Below are positions 51,701 to 62,444 of a DNA stretch of 64,000 nt, one piece after another (the first letter of the stretch is position 1; every line of letters begins with the position of its first letter). The notes under the pieces are model-generated. The model ran no database searches. It saw nothing but the letters and a program-made list of their open reading frames with translations, and was not told where the DNA came from. The stretch is from Squalus acanthias. Lineage: Eukaryota. The position numbers and the translations under genes are program-made. The stretch covers positions 155,250,001 through 155,314,000 of the forward strand of contig CM059431.1 in the NCBI GenBank assembly GCA_030390025.1. Reading direction: 5' to 3'.

Positions 51701-52293
51701 CAAAGAACAGGCGATTCCGCCCAACCAGACGATGCCGGCGTTTGTGCTCCACTCAAGCTGTGGAAATGCAAGTTGTTTATGTGACTTATTTCTTTGTTAT
51801 ACTAGGTATCAAACAGCAGATAACTGAGTTTTACAAGGTCTCAAACTTAGTTCTAAATGAATTCCGACAAATAACTTCAACTATATTTTGGAGAAATTAC
51901 TGATCCGAGACTGAAACTACATTTCCTCAGTGGGGAAAGGAAAGGACACTGACTGAGAGTTTGATTGGACGCACGTGTGTGAACACACACAGCGAGACAC
52001 GCGCACAAGTGGAGAATTCTGATTGTAAAACAGCAGTTAAATCTACCACTTGTATATTAATGGACAATTCTGAGATTGTCATACCCCTAAATATATTCCA
52101 GAAATCAATGCTGTGCATCATTTCACTGTTTAACGTTACATGATTCATAATATTATTCATAAGTGTTAATATTAGTGGAACAGTTTTAAGGGACCTCACC
52201 TCCTGCAGTGCTTATTCCTCAGGTGCAGACAACATGAGAGATATGGTCAATATATTTCAAATAGAAGCACCAAACAGGACACATCTCCAGTAA
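6535..52293 (+). CDS. Predicted multi-exon gene (5'-incomplete): at least 5 tandem CARD-like death-fold modules, one transmembrane helix and a short C-terminal tail
   Basis: Manual splice model B1-A2-B2-A3-B3-A4-B4-A5-B5-TM-(microexon)-terminal exon. All junction phases are compatible (A 1-0, B 0-1, TM 1-1), there are no internal stops, and exon lengths are constant across copies. About 620-630 aa within the window. Two junctions need in-frame alternative splice sites. Domain identity is by recalled motif similarity, not a database search. Confidence 0.7.
6868..7658. mobile_element. Possible older MITE resident in each unit
   Basis: ggccgg... / ...aattccgggcc termini, CpG-rich ends and AT-rich centre like the other MITEs; the TIR match is poor. 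Confidence 0.35.
8759..8928 (+). CDS. Exon A, unit 2 (N-terminal half of CARD-like domain)
   Basis: cttttacAG|AA ... CATAAG|GTATGC; (E)HSDSIFLLMLASYTDIQLGRIIGCYRQRLESSIEEFVEAVSQSLLDANVFTETIHK; 170 nt, phase 1-0. Confidence 0.8.
9798..13101 (+). mobile_element. CR1 LINE with intact 5' end and internal deletion of the endonuclease region
   Basis: 5' UTR repeats; ORF1 from 10363 (Cys/His finger and GDS-type esterase motifs, frameshifted); jump at ~11430 into the pre-RT region; RT 11486-13012 with TGA at 12383-12385; ctatgtttct-type tail. Confidence 0.95.
9802..10091 (+). repeat. 75-bp GC-rich monomer array (~3.9 copies) in CR1 5' UTR
   Basis: Copies begin at 9802, 9877, 9952 and 10027 (ggcggacctgggtggagcgacagcggcgaggcggcggc...). 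Confidence 0.9.
13364..14127 (+). mobile_element. MITE family B, nested in the A1 MITE of unit 2
   Basis: ggcccagaaatta ... taattttcgggcc termini; absent at this site in the other units; reverse complement of 21531-22258. Confidence 0.85.
17538..17736 (+). CDS. Exon B, unit 2
   Basis: tttttttAG|GAAATC ... CTAGAAG|GTAGGC; EISTLAESQRRNDASQCIFDTVLEKGARGERTMWNIFLQLQNSKPKLKATLSEIQNRDTGTKHDLE; 199 nt, phase 0-1. Confidence 0.8.
19010..19877 (+). mobile_element. CR1 LINE 3' fragment (different subfamily, longer 3' UTR)
   Basis: ORF2 C-terminus 19011..19646 (QRDLGV, RPHLEYC); ttcttatg-repeat tail; absent from the other units, whose empty site is ggctaacaagcgacag. Confidence 0.95.
20631..20800 (+). 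CDS. Exon A, unit 3 (usual acceptor mutated; in-frame acceptor gives start at 20640)
   Basis: The homologous acceptor reads ttttacTG instead of ttttacAG; tcAG|AT 9 nt downstream keeps the phase. DTKMLLMLASYTDIQLGEIIGCYRQRLKSSIEEFVEAVSQSLLDANVFSETIHK|GTATGC. Confidence 0.7.
21531..22258 (-). mobile_element. MITE family B (Harbinger-like), 3-bp TSD AAT
   Basis: aat|ggcccgaatatta ... taatttctgggcc|aat; inserted exactly at the left end of the resident A1 MITE. Confidence 0.9.
23068..27424 (-). mobile_element. Near full-length CR1 LINE (ORF1, APE endonuclease, RT; frameshifted)
   Basis: ORF1 27093-~26141; endonuclease pieces 26018-25096 (LNAR, GITETW, GVVYRPP, SDH); RT 25048-23159. Same subfamily as 9798-13101. 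About 9 bp of target deleted, no TSD. Confidence 0.97.
30390..30588 (+). CDS. Exon B, unit 3
   Basis: Canonical AG/GT; EISTLAESQRRNDASQRIFDTVLEKGARGERTMWNIFLQLQNTKPKLKATLSEIQNRGTGTKHDLE. Confidence 0.8.
32613..32782 (+). CDS. Exon A, unit 4
   Basis: Canonical AG/GT; (E)NSDTKMLLMLASYTDIQLGRIIGCYRQRLESSIEEFVEAVSQSLLDTNVFTETIHK. Confidence 0.8.
36825..37258 (+). mobile_element. tRNA-derived V-SINE (HE1-like), 5'-truncated with an inverted duplicated segment
   Basis: B box GGTTCGAATC, V-type core (gtgtggagtttgcacattctcccc...gggtttcctccgggtgctccggtttcc), CR1-like 3' tail with tttctatg repeats; private to unit 4. Confidence 0.92.
37771..37969 (+). CDS. Exon B, unit 4
   Basis: Canonical AG/GT; EISTLAESQRRNDASQRIFDTALEKGARGERTMWNIFLQLQNTKPKLKATLSEIENRGTGTKDDLE. 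Confidence 0.8.
39990..40159 (+). CDS. Exon A, unit 5
   Basis: Canonical AG/GT; (E)NSDTKMLLMLARYTDIQLGRIIGCYRQRLESSIEEFVEAVSQLLLDANVFTETIHK. Confidence 0.8.
40231..43540 (-). mobile_element. CR1 LINE truncated within ORF1
   Basis: End of ORF1, then endonuclease and RT fragments with stops and frameshifts; inserted in gattgttc|aagtcgg, 72 bp downstream of exon A5. Confidence 0.96.
44216..44960. mobile_element. MITE family A1 (resident in every unit; other copies 1830-2458 partial, 9673-14486 interrupted, 22262-23015, 33529-34281)
   Basis: Imperfect TIRs ggctcgtattttccg / cggaaattacgggcc; non-coding; many internal hairpins. The GGC-type termini suggest PIF/Harbinger (inference). Confidence 0.7.
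47930..48128 (+). CDS. Exon B, unit 5 (membrane-proximal copy)
   Basis: Canonical AG/GT; EISTLAESTRINNASQRIFDILLEKGARGERTMRNIFLQLQNTKPKLKATLSEIKNRDTGTKHDLE. Confidence 0.8.
50115..50243 (+). CDS. Transmembrane-helix exon
   Basis: ttctataatttacAG|AG ... CGCG|GTAAGA; 129 nt, phase 1-1; (E)IDDTTIMDEQGK-IIVTFAVLVAILLGTAGVLVTCC-WQNRKNR. A 23-residue uncharged hydrophobic stretch followed by basic residues. Too short to appear in the ORF track. Confidence 0.8.
51048..51068 (+). CDS. Possible 21-nt microexon (GKSQKDA)
   Basis: taatttcAG|GTAAATCACAGAAGGATGCCG|GTTAAG; phase 1-1 and frame-neutral. The donor is weak. Confidence 0.3.
51088..51502 (+). mobile_element. tRNA-derived V-SINE (HE1-like), near full length
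   Basis: A box TGGCATAGTGG, B box GGTTCGAATC, V-type core, and a 3' tail matching the CR1 3' UTR (gatcagccatgatc...gaatggcctactcctgctcc). Confidence 0.93.
52223..52293 (+). CDS. Candidate terminal coding exon (GADNMRDMVNIFQIEAPNRTHLQ*)
   Basis: cttattcctcAG|GT; phase-1 reading is open to TAA at 52291-52293, followed by AT-rich sequence with ATTAAA and AATAAA. Confidence 0.45.
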
Positions 52294-52435
52294 CACACGG
52301 ACAATGCCACAGCCCATAGAGAGCAGAGAGATCACATCTAGAAATATATTGTGTGTGGATAGATATCATAGTCCTAAACTACCAGAATTTAATATCAAAA
52401 TTCAGCACATCCAAAATATTAAACAAAAATCGGTG

Positions 52436-52441
52436 AATAAA
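52436..52441 (+). promoter_or_regulatory. Candidate polyadenylation signal AATAAA (also ATTAAA at 52418-52423)
   Basis: About 140 nt downstream of the candidate stop. Such hexamers are common by chance in AT-rich DNA. Confidence 0.3.
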
Positions 52442-52977
52442 TATAATATTATACCGCCAGAGTGTAAAACCCAGTGAAGGATCATTTGATTTATCAATAA
52501 TCACAAGCTCCATATTATCCTGCAGAATATTCTCTACCTCAGGAATAAGGCTGGTTTTGGCGTGCACCGTGAGTAAAGCTTACAAACGGGCACTCTCAGT
52601 GCGGAGTCCCGGCCGACGGGAGCACATCTGGAACGCGGTTGTGGAGATCAACAACAAATTGTATTTATATAGCGCGCCGATAGGAGTAAAACGTCCCAAA
52701 TGCGCTTCACAGGTGTATTATAAGACACAAACTTGATACCGAGCCAGGTAAGGAGAAATTAGGGTAGTTAACTAAAAGCTTGGTGAAAGAGGTAGGTTTT
52801 CAGGAGCGACTTAAAGAAGGAAAGTGAAGTCGAGAGTCGGAGAGGTTTTGGGAGGGATATCCAGAAATTAGGGCCTAGGCAACAGATGGCACGGCCACCA
52901 ATGCTTGAGCGATTATTATCAGGGATGCTCAAGAGGGCAGAATTATAGGAGAGCATTTATCTCGCGTGGGGGTGGGA

Positions 52978-54522
52978 CTTCTTATTCGTTTACGGGATGT
53001 GGGCGTCGCTGGAAAGGCCAGCATTTATTGCCCATCCCTAATTGCCCTTGAGAAAGTGCTGGTGACCTGCCTTCTTGAAAAGCTGCCGTCCGTGTGTTGA
53101 AGATATTCCCATAGTGCTGTTATTTGCAGAGTTCAAGGATTTTGATCCAGCGACGATGAAGGATCAGCGATATACTTCTAAGTCAGGATGGTGTGTGACT
53201 TGAAGGGGAACCTGGAGGTGGTGGTGTTCCCATGCGCCTGCTGTACTCGTCCTTCTCGGTGGAAGAGTTCGCGGGTTTGGGAGGTGCTACCCAAGTATCC
53301 TTGGCGAGCTGCTCGAGTGCATCTTCTCGATGGTACACACTGTAGCCACGGTACGCCAGTGGCGGAGGGAGTGAATGTTTAAAGTGGTGGATGGGGTGCC
53401 AATTAAGCGGGATGCTTTGTCCTGGATTGTGTCGAGGTTCTTGAGTGTTGCTGGAGCTGCACTCATCCAGGCAAATGGAGAGTATTCCATCACACTCCTT
53501 ACTTGTGATTTGTAGATGATGGAAAGGTGTTGGGGAGTCAGGAGGTGATACACTCGCCGCAGAATACCTAGCCTCTGACCTGCGCTTGTTGCCACAGTTT
53601 TTATGTGGAAATCTAGTTAAGTTTCTGGTCAACGGTTACCCCCAGGGTATTGATGGTTGGAGATTCGGCGTTGAATGTCAAGGGGAGGTGGTTAGACTCT
53701 CACTTGTTGGAGATAGTCATTGCCGGGCACTTCTGTGGCACGAATGTTACCTGCCAATTATCAGCACAAGCCTGAACGTCGTCCAGGTCTTGTTGCATGC
53801 GGGCATGGACAGCTAAATTATATTAGGAATTGTGAATGGCGCTGAACACTGTGCAGTCATCAGCGAACATCCCCATTTCTCACCTTTTGTTGGAGGGAAG
53901 GTCATTGATGAAGCAGTTGAAGATGGTTGGGTCTGGGACACTGCCCTGAGGAACTCCTGCAGGGATTTCCTGGGGCTGTGATGATGGAGCTTCAAACACC
54001 AGAACCATCTTCCTTTGTGCTGGATATGTCTCCAGCAAGGGAGCGTTTCCCCCCCGATTCCCATATGACTTCAGTTTTACTAGGGCTCCTTGATGCCACA
54101 ACCATTCAAATTCTGCCTTGATGTCAAGGGCAGTTACTCTCACCTCACCTCTGGAATTCAGCTCATTTGTCCATGTTTGAAACAAGGCTGTGATGAGTTC
54201 GGGAGCTGAGTGGACTTGGCGGAACCCAAACTGGGCAACAGTGAGCAGGTTATTGGTGAGTTAGTGCCGCTTGAGAGCACTATCGATGACACATTCAATC
54301 ACATGCCTTATGATTGAGAGCAGACTGATCGGGCGGTAACTGGCTGGGTTGGATTTGTTAGTGTTTTTGTGGACAGGACATACCTGAGCAGTTTACCAGT
54401 CGGATAGATGCCAGTGTTGTAGCTGTACTGGAACTGCTTGGCTAGAGGCGCGGCTAGTTCTGGAGCACAAGTCTTCAGCACGGTAGCCGGAATGTTGTTG
54501 GGGCCCATAGCCTTTGCTGGAA
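52978..54522 (-). mobile_element. Degenerate CR1-clade LINE 3' part (distinct family)
   Basis: GPNNIPATVLKTCAPELAAPL, ALDIKA, GVPQGSV and YKSQVRSVMEY remnants. Confidence 0.88.
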
Positions 54523-54906
54523 GACATTAGATGTAGGGAGGGTCGAGGCCATGGAGAGAATTGAAAACAAGGGTGAGAATTTTGAAATCGAGCGCTTCTT
54601 AATCAGGAGCCAATGTAGGACAGCGAGCACAGGGGTGATGGGTGAACGGGACTTGGTGTGAGTTAGGACACGTGCATCCGAGATATGGATGATGTCAGGT
54701 TTATGTAGGGTAGATTGTGGGAGGCCAGCCAGGAGTGTGTTGGAATATTCAAGTCTAGAGGTAACAAAGGCATGGATGAGGGTTCCAGCAGCAGATGAGA
54801 TGAGGCAGAGGCGGAGATGGGCGATGTTACAGAGGTGGAAATAGGCGGTCTTAGTTATGCCGCAGATAGGTGGACAAAAGCTCAGTTCAGTGTCAAAACT
54901 GACTAT

Positions 54907-55648
54907 GGCCCAGAAATTGATCCCGCGACGCGAGAGAACGCACTGCGTACTCGCGCGTATTCCCACTCCAATTGCCGGTTTTCTGCATGCCCTGCGCATG
55001 CGCTGAAAACCGGCAATTGCTCTTTTGAAAAGGGGGCGGTTCCTCGGTGCATCGCGTGTGCGCTACAGGCTGCGCGCACGCTGTGCACTTCATGCTTTGG
55101 ACGCGCAGGTAAGTACTGAAGATTTTAGAAATGTAAAAAGGAGGAGTAAGACCCACTTTTAAGAAGGTAAGTAGTGCATTAAGTATTTTTTTGAATTTTT
55201 TTTAACAGGTATATCTTTTTTAGAGACTTTAAAGACAGGTACATTTATTTTTATACCTTTTTAAAAGATTTAAAATTTTTTCAAAAATTTAATTTTTTAT
55301 TTAAAATGGTTAATTTAATTAACTATACTTATTTTATTAATGTGATGGATTTTTTTTTAATTTAATTGAGGTTTAGCTGTTATTTTGTGGGGGTGTAAGA
55401 TTCATAGATTTCACAGCAGTGTGTGAAACTTATGAATGGCAGATGGTGTGCTGCCATTGGCTCTAACTGAGTCACGTGATCCCACAGCTCGCACGAATTC
55501 ACTACGCCGCTGGGATACGCAAGCACTGCCCAGCTGATCTCCAGAACATCAAGTTCGTGCGAGCTGGATCTGAAAAAGCACAAGCGAGGTGAGAGATCGC
55601 GGGACAGCCTTACCCCCGCGGGAACATAGCGAGATCAATTTCTGGGCC
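54907..55648 (-). mobile_element. MITE family B-related, perfect 16-bp TIR, 3-bp TSD TAT, nested in L2
   Basis: tat|ggcccagaaattgatc ... gatcaatttctgggcc|tat; internally similar to 21531-22258. Confidence 0.9.
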
Positions 55649-58600
55649 TATATGTTTGCCAAGAGTGTGGTTCGGCCTCAGGCAGATGTTAAGGAGAGGG
55701 ATGGAGTCGGTGGCGGGAATTAAAACAATATCTTAGCAATATTTGACTGGAGAACATTTCTGCTCATTCACAAATGGATGTCGGACAAGCAGTCTGACAA
55801 TTTAGAGACCGTGGAGGGGTCGAGAGAAGTGGCGGTGATGTAGAGCTGGGTGTCGTCAGCGTATAATGTGGGAACTGACGCTGTGTTTTCCGATGATGTC
55901 GTCAAGGGGCAGCATGTAGATGAGGAATAGCAGCGGGCCAAGGATAGATTCTTGTGGGACACCAGACGTAACCATGTGGGAGCGGAAAGAGAAGTCATTC
56001 CAGGTGTGTCTCTGGCTACGACAGATAGGAATGGAACCAGACGAGTGCAGCCCCACCCACCCCCCACCCCACAGCTGTACGACGGTGGAAAGGCGCTGGA
56101 GGACTGTGGAGTGGTCAACCGTGTCAAAGGCTGATGAGAATTTGAGAAGGACGTGGAGGGATGTTTTTTCTTTGTCAAAGTGGCAAACGGTGTCAGTTGT
56201 GAATTCGATGAGAGCCGTTTCGGTACTGTGGCAATGGCGGAAACCTGATTGGTGGGATTTAAACATGGAGTTCCGGGAAAGATGGGCATGGATTTGGGAG
56301 GTTACAACATGTTCAAGGACTTTGGAGCGGAAAGGGAGGTAGGAAATGGGGCGATAGATTGCAAGGACGGAGGAGTCGAGGGTTGTTATTTTGAGGAGAG
56401 TGGTGATGATGGCAGGTTTGAAGGAGAGGGTCACAGTACCTGAGGAGAGAGAACCGTTAACAATGTCAGCTAAGAAAGGAGCCAGACAAGGAAGTTGAGT
56501 GTTCAGCAGTTTGCTGGGAATAGGGTCGAGGGAGCAGGACGTGGGTCTCATATGAGCACGGCGAAGTCAGGAGCGGAGATTGGAGAGAAATTGGAGAAAA
56601 ATGCCAGTTCAGGGGTGGTGCAGGGGGGAGACTTAGTGGAAGTTTGGCCTGGTGGGCTAAGGGAAGGAAGAGAAGTGGCAGAGGCAGCTGATCGTAGGGT
56701 GTCAATCTTAGAAACAAAGAAGTTGATGAGCTCCACGCTCTTGTTATTTGAAGTGAGAGTGGAGGAGACAGGGAATAGCGCGTATAAGAAGCTGGTTAGC
56801 CGTGGAGAATAGAAGCCAGTGTTTAGCTTTGCATTCCAATAATGATTCTGGAATAGTGAGCATTGTTGGCAGACGAGAGCAAGAACCCATAATGCTTTAT
56901 GTGGTCCAGCCAGATGTGATGGCGAAAGACTAAACCAGTTGTCCGCCATATCTGTTCAAGTCTGCGTTTCTTGGACTTAAGGGAGCTAAGATTAGACCCA
57001 TACCTGTTGAAACAGCCAGGGTGAGACAGTGTAATTGATTTAATAGGGACTACGGCATCGAAGGTGGTGGTGAGGGTGTGGTTGAACAGATCGGTAGCTG
57101 CAGAAATGTTGTGGTGAATGGAGGGACAAAGGCTGTTTTTTGGGATTTCATAAGTGCAGTTGTAAGAGAGTTGGGAGAGAGTTTCTTTTCCAGGGGAGGA
57201 AACAGATTGTAGTAGGGTTTGGGGAGAAAGTGGAGGTGGGTGGAGAGTGACAGAAGCAAATGGTCGGAGAAGGCTTTATCTGCAATTGACACGATGTGTG
57301 TAGCGAGGCCACGAGAGATGGTAAGGTCGAGGGTGTGGCCCTGAATATTGTTTTGGGGGTTTACATGGAGGGAGACATTAAGGGAGTTTGCAGGGCAGTG
57401 AACTCAGAGGAGAGAGAGCATCATGAATTGAGATGAAGGTTGAAATCACCGAGGATGAGAAGTCGGTCGGTGCAGATGCTGAGGGAGGAGTTCAGTGAAG
57501 CTATCTCGGTGATAAAATTAAATGTTACTTGGGTGGGGGATAGAGAACGAGAATTTTAAATGTGGTGAGAGTTGTGGAATAATGTGTGATGCTCAAAGGA
57601 GGATAAAGTGGTGGAGGAGTAGGGAGACAGACGAAGGTGTGATTTGGTGATAAGAGCCACACTGTCGCCATGGCTGTCTTGGCTGGGCAAGTGGTGGAAG
57701 GTATAGCCAGGTGGGGAGGCTTCATTTAAGGGTAAGGTGTCATCACCCCTCAGCCACGTTTCCATCAGGGCCATGATGTCGATGCAATCATCCATGATAA
57801 GCTCATGGATGGCAAGGACCTTGTTCGATGGCGAATGGACATTCTGGAGAGAAATGGGGAGAGGTTCGGTGATGGATAACGCATTGCCAGTGTCCACAGG
57901 TTTAGCGCTGGGAGTGGTGAGTTGGACGGGAAGGAGATTGGCAAGGTTAGCAATCAGCGTGCGGGCTGGGCGGGAAGGTCGGTGAAAGAGTAGGATAATA
58001 CATTTGGGGTTGCTGCTCGTAAGGAGGCAGCAACGAATTCCACCGTGGGCCGTTCGGAGAATGCAATGGCAGGCAGAGAGGAAAGCTGTACACTTAGCAA
58101 AGAGGGTTTCAAACCTGGGAAGTCAGCAGGAGATTAGGAAGGTCGAAGAGTAATGAAGGGTTGGTGTAGGGATTTGGAAGAGCAGTGTATCCCAGAGAGG
58201 AGAGATGAAAGGAGGCATAATGAGAGCAGAGAGCAATCAGGGAGGGATAGAGAGTTAAGGTAAAGGAGAGAAAAGAGTGGAAATAGAAGTGAACAGCTCG
58301 TATCCGCAGCGCCAGCCAACATGTACACGCAGGATCAGCAGAACTCACTGTTTTCATTGGGCAGCTGTCTTTGTCACACCTGATGTGACATGTTGATCAT
58401 AACCCTCGGGAAATGTTCACACCCAGAGCTAACAGCTGTTGTACTGATGGGGGAGGAGGGACTTGATATCATGTTTAACATGGCAGCGTTCTCCTTCTCA
58501 TTTTAATACTTCCATCTAACACTCCTGTTAATATTATAATGTTTACAGAGCATCAGAATATTGTAACGCCTGTCCCGACCATGGCTGAAGGTCCAAACAG

Positions 58601-58949
58601 GGGAGAAGATCGTGCATCTTCAAAAAGGATAAGGAAAGACACATGTAGGTTCAGAAAATGCTTTAACATATAATACCTGTCCTTAAAAATGGTCCAGATC
58701 ACGTTCAAGAACCTGTAGCTCACACAGGAAGAGGGAACAGGACAGGGGCTGAGTAGAAAAAGCGATGTGAGTGACCATCTAGAGGGGCATCACAGTCACA
58801 GGTGGAGGGTGCCTCTGATTACTGGAACTGTTCAATACATACCTGGTATTGGGGACTGTAAGGTGGACAGAGACAGTGACTCAGAGGAGAGTCTTCCTGT
58901 GCAACAGTATGGTAACAGGGAGCAGGAGGCCACCATAGTGGGATGAGAG

Positions 58950-61700
58950 GCATGTGATGCACAGGAAAAGGAGATCTATAGTGGTGGGACTTTTAATATT
59001 CAGGGGAATAGACAGACTCCTATGCAGCCCAGAGCAGGTGCCGAATGTAAAGATGCTTCCCTGCTGCCAGAGCGAAGAACATCATGGAACAGGTGGGAAC
59101 ATCTCTGGGAAGGAAAGGAGAGCAGAAATTACCCATGGTCGGAATCAGTAACACGGATAGAAAAACATTTATAGAGTGAATATTAAGACTCAGGCACTTG
59201 AATAAAAATATGGTCTCAAAGTGTTTATCTCTGGATTGTTTTGCACTGGGCCGCTTATTAAGGGAATTATGAGGCAATTCAATGTGGAGCTACTTGGCTG
59301 GAGCTGGAGAGAAGGATTCAGGTTGTTGGTGCACTACAGTGAGTTCGGGGAGAAGGGAAGGGACGGTGGCGATCTGAACCTACCAACAACAATGGTTTTA
59401 CAGAATAGTTGAATGGTGCAGTGGGAAGTGTATCAACTGATATGAATGTAGGGTGAGAATAATCAACATCTGAGACCAGAGAGCGGAATTTATAAAACTG
59501 TTGAATGGTGCAGTGGGAAGTGTTTCAACTGATATGAATGTAGGGTGGGAATAATCCACATCTGAGACTATAGAGAATTTATAAAACTGTTGGAGCTGCA
59601 ACAGAATATTTATGAAATAGTGAAAAATTACTAGCAGGAAAATGGAAGGCTGTTTTCGAGTAGTGTGAGATGAGTTGACTAGGTGTTAAAAAAATTCAAG
59701 TTAAAATAGGATCAACATTACAAAGATTTTGATTGAGGATTGACTGTTATGCCTGTAAATGTACAAATCATTCCAAAGACATTTGGAAAGTCAGAAGCAT
59801 GAGAGATGTGATTTAGTATCGAAACTACAGGGCCTGGGATGTCACTGGACTCAGAGATATGTTCCTGGTCATAAAATTTTGAGGAGGAGAAAAGTAATTG
59901 TGGACGCCATAATCAATAAAGCGTTCCAGGACAGGGCTAGAAGAACAATAAAACACTTGTATTTCTATAGCATCTTTAACGTAGTAAAACGTCCTAAGGC
60001 GGTTCACAGGAGCGTTATCAAACAAAATGTGATACCGAGCCACATAAGGAGCTATTCGGACAGGTAACCAAAAGCTTCGTCAGAGAGGGAGGTTTTAAGG
60101 AGCGTCTCAAAGGAGGAGAGAGATGTTTTGAAGAAAAGGCTCTTCCTGGGCGCTATATTAAGGTTGAATCCGTGCATTTTAAAGTAAAATAGTGAAAAGG
60201 CACAATAACACATATTGAATAATTCGTTCGATAAAGATGTCATGACAGAGGACTCGCGGATGGCTAACGTTATACCTATATTTAAGAAGGGGGATAGAAC
60301 ATATCGAGGAAACTAAAGACCAGTCAGCGTAAATCAGTAGTACGAACAATAATGCAATCTGTACTAAAAGAGAAAATAGAAAAAAATCTAGCAAGCAAAA
60401 ATATAATAATGAATAGTAAACATGGATTTCAATGGGAAATTCTTGCTTGACCAGCTTCATTGCATTCTTTGAGGAGGGAACAGAGAGAGTAGACAGCGGT
60501 AATGTGGTAGATGTATTCTCTGTGGATTTCTAAAAGGTCTTTGATAAGGTACAACATAATAAACTAATGAATGAGGTGAGAGCATGAAGAGTCAGGGGAC
60601 ACGTAGCAGAATGGATAACTTGGTGGCTGCAGGACAGAAATCAGAGAGTTGGGGTAAAGGGTAGCTATTCAGAGTGGCAGAAGGTGGATAGTGCAGCTCC
60701 ACAAGGATCAGTGCTGGGACCACTGTTGTTCACAATTTACTTTAACGATTTAGAATTTTGAATCAAAAACAACATTTCTCAATTCGTGGATAACCTCAAA
60801 TAAGGACGGATTGTCAACACTGAGGAGGACTTCAATAATTTACAGGAAGCCATTAATAAACTTGCAGAATCGGCATATCATTGGCAAATAAATATCAACA
60901 TAGATAATTGTGTTTTATCACATTTTGGTTAGAAAAGTGAGGAGGTCACAAATTACTTAGAAATAAGAATCTTTATGGGGTAGTGGAACAAAGTGATCTC
61001 GGAATAAAAATACACAAATCATTAAAAGTTACAACGCAGGTTAATAAAGGCATAACAAGAGCAAAAGAAGCACTGGGATTTCTTTGTAGAGGGACATAAT
61101 TGAAAAGTAGAAAATTATGATATAATTGTATCGAACCTTGGTTAGACCAGACTTGGAGTAATGTGTACAGTTCTGGTCGCCGTATTATAGAAAAAGCATA
61201 TAGAGGCAATGGAGTAAGTGCAAAAAGGATTTACAAGCATGATAGCAAATCTGCGCGGTTCTACATATCAGGAAAGTTTGAACAGGCTTGCTCAATTTTC
61301 TCGTTGAAAGAGAGTTATTAGGAGTGACATATTACAAGTCTTTAAAATTCTGAAAGGTTTTGATACAGTAGACAGAGTGTTTCAACTAGTGGTGAAGAGC
61401 AAAACTAGAGGCCATCAATATAAGATAGTCACCAAGAAATGAAATAGGGAATTCAGGAGAAACATCTTTAGCCAGAGAGTGCTGAGAATGTGAAACTCGC
61501 TACAACAGGGAGTGGTTGAAGCGAATATTATAGATGCATTTAAGGGGAGGCTTGATAAGCCTATGAGGGAGAAGGGAATACAGGGTTATGCTGATAGTTG
61601 GATGAGGAAGGATGGGAGGAGGCTGGAGTGGAACGTAAATGGACTGGTTGGCCCGAATGGCCTGTTTATGTGCTTTATATTGTTTGTAATTCTAAGTAAT
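58950..61700 (+). mobile_element. Old, heavily mutated CR1 remnants with a nested L2 3' fragment (~59945-60125, minus strand)
   Basis: ORF1-like RSIVVG...RGIDR; RT remnants 60230-61600 with many stops; CR1-like 3' UTR near 61620-61700. Confidence 0.8.
59408..59592 (+). repeat. Local tandem duplication, ~92-bp unit x2
   Basis: gttgaatggtgcagtgggaagtgt... at 59408 and 59500. Confidence 0.9.
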
Positions 61701-62444
61701 CCACATGTACAAAGGTAAGCATTAAGAAGGGAAAGAGCAATGTTCCCCCTCTATTTTTTAGGTGCGACCCCCTTTAATGAGCTGAGTGGTCCATTCACAA
61801 TTTCGCGCATGAGCCAAATCTACCATAGAAAAGTCGGTAAGCGGCCTGAGCAGGATCTCCATTTAGCTGCCCGGTCGTGCAGCTTAGCGGGAACGTTACT
61901 GTGGAGGTGAGATAGAGGGGGAGCTGGGGGAAACTCGTGGAGGGTGAAGGTTTTGCAGGTAAAAAATAGTTCCTTTGATAGAGGAAGTGAAAATGTTGAT
62001 GTAATGGAGGAGGATGTGGGTCCACAGTTAGAGATCACATTACAGAAGGAATTTGATCTGAGAAAAATAGCTGAGGTGGATAAGTCAATGCACCCAGAGA
62101 TAATGCACCTCAGGCTGTTAAAGGAAAAATCAGTGGGGAGATAAAAGGAACTCTGAGCACAATTTTTCTATCCTCATATAATATCGGAAATGTACAGGCG
62201 GACTGAAAGAGCCCAAACAATGTCTCTGTTAAAATGGGGAGAGATGATCTGCGGGTAACTGAAGACCAATTCATCTGTTGTTTGTGAGAAAGCTGTTAGA
62301 ACCTGTAATTCCAGGATGAATTAATGAACATTTAGAGATAAAGCCGAGGCTGGAACAGATTAGCTGTAGACAAGTTGTATTTGACGTTTTTGATGCACCT
62401 TTTCTGAGACGTGTCTGTATAGATCTGCTATTGAAAGCATCAAT

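Larger units (their letters stand above)
52648..58440 (-). mobile_element. Degenerate L2-clade LINE, interrupted by a CR1 (52978-54522) and a MITE (54907-55648)
   Basis: Endonuclease remnants (LQNVHS, ALMETWL, SDHLL), RT remnants (SCSLDPIP, HQSGFR, STETAL, AFDTVDH, GVPQESILGP, YADDTQLY), LIHAFVTSRLEY, and an L2-type 3' end at ~52650-52965. Confidence 0.88.
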
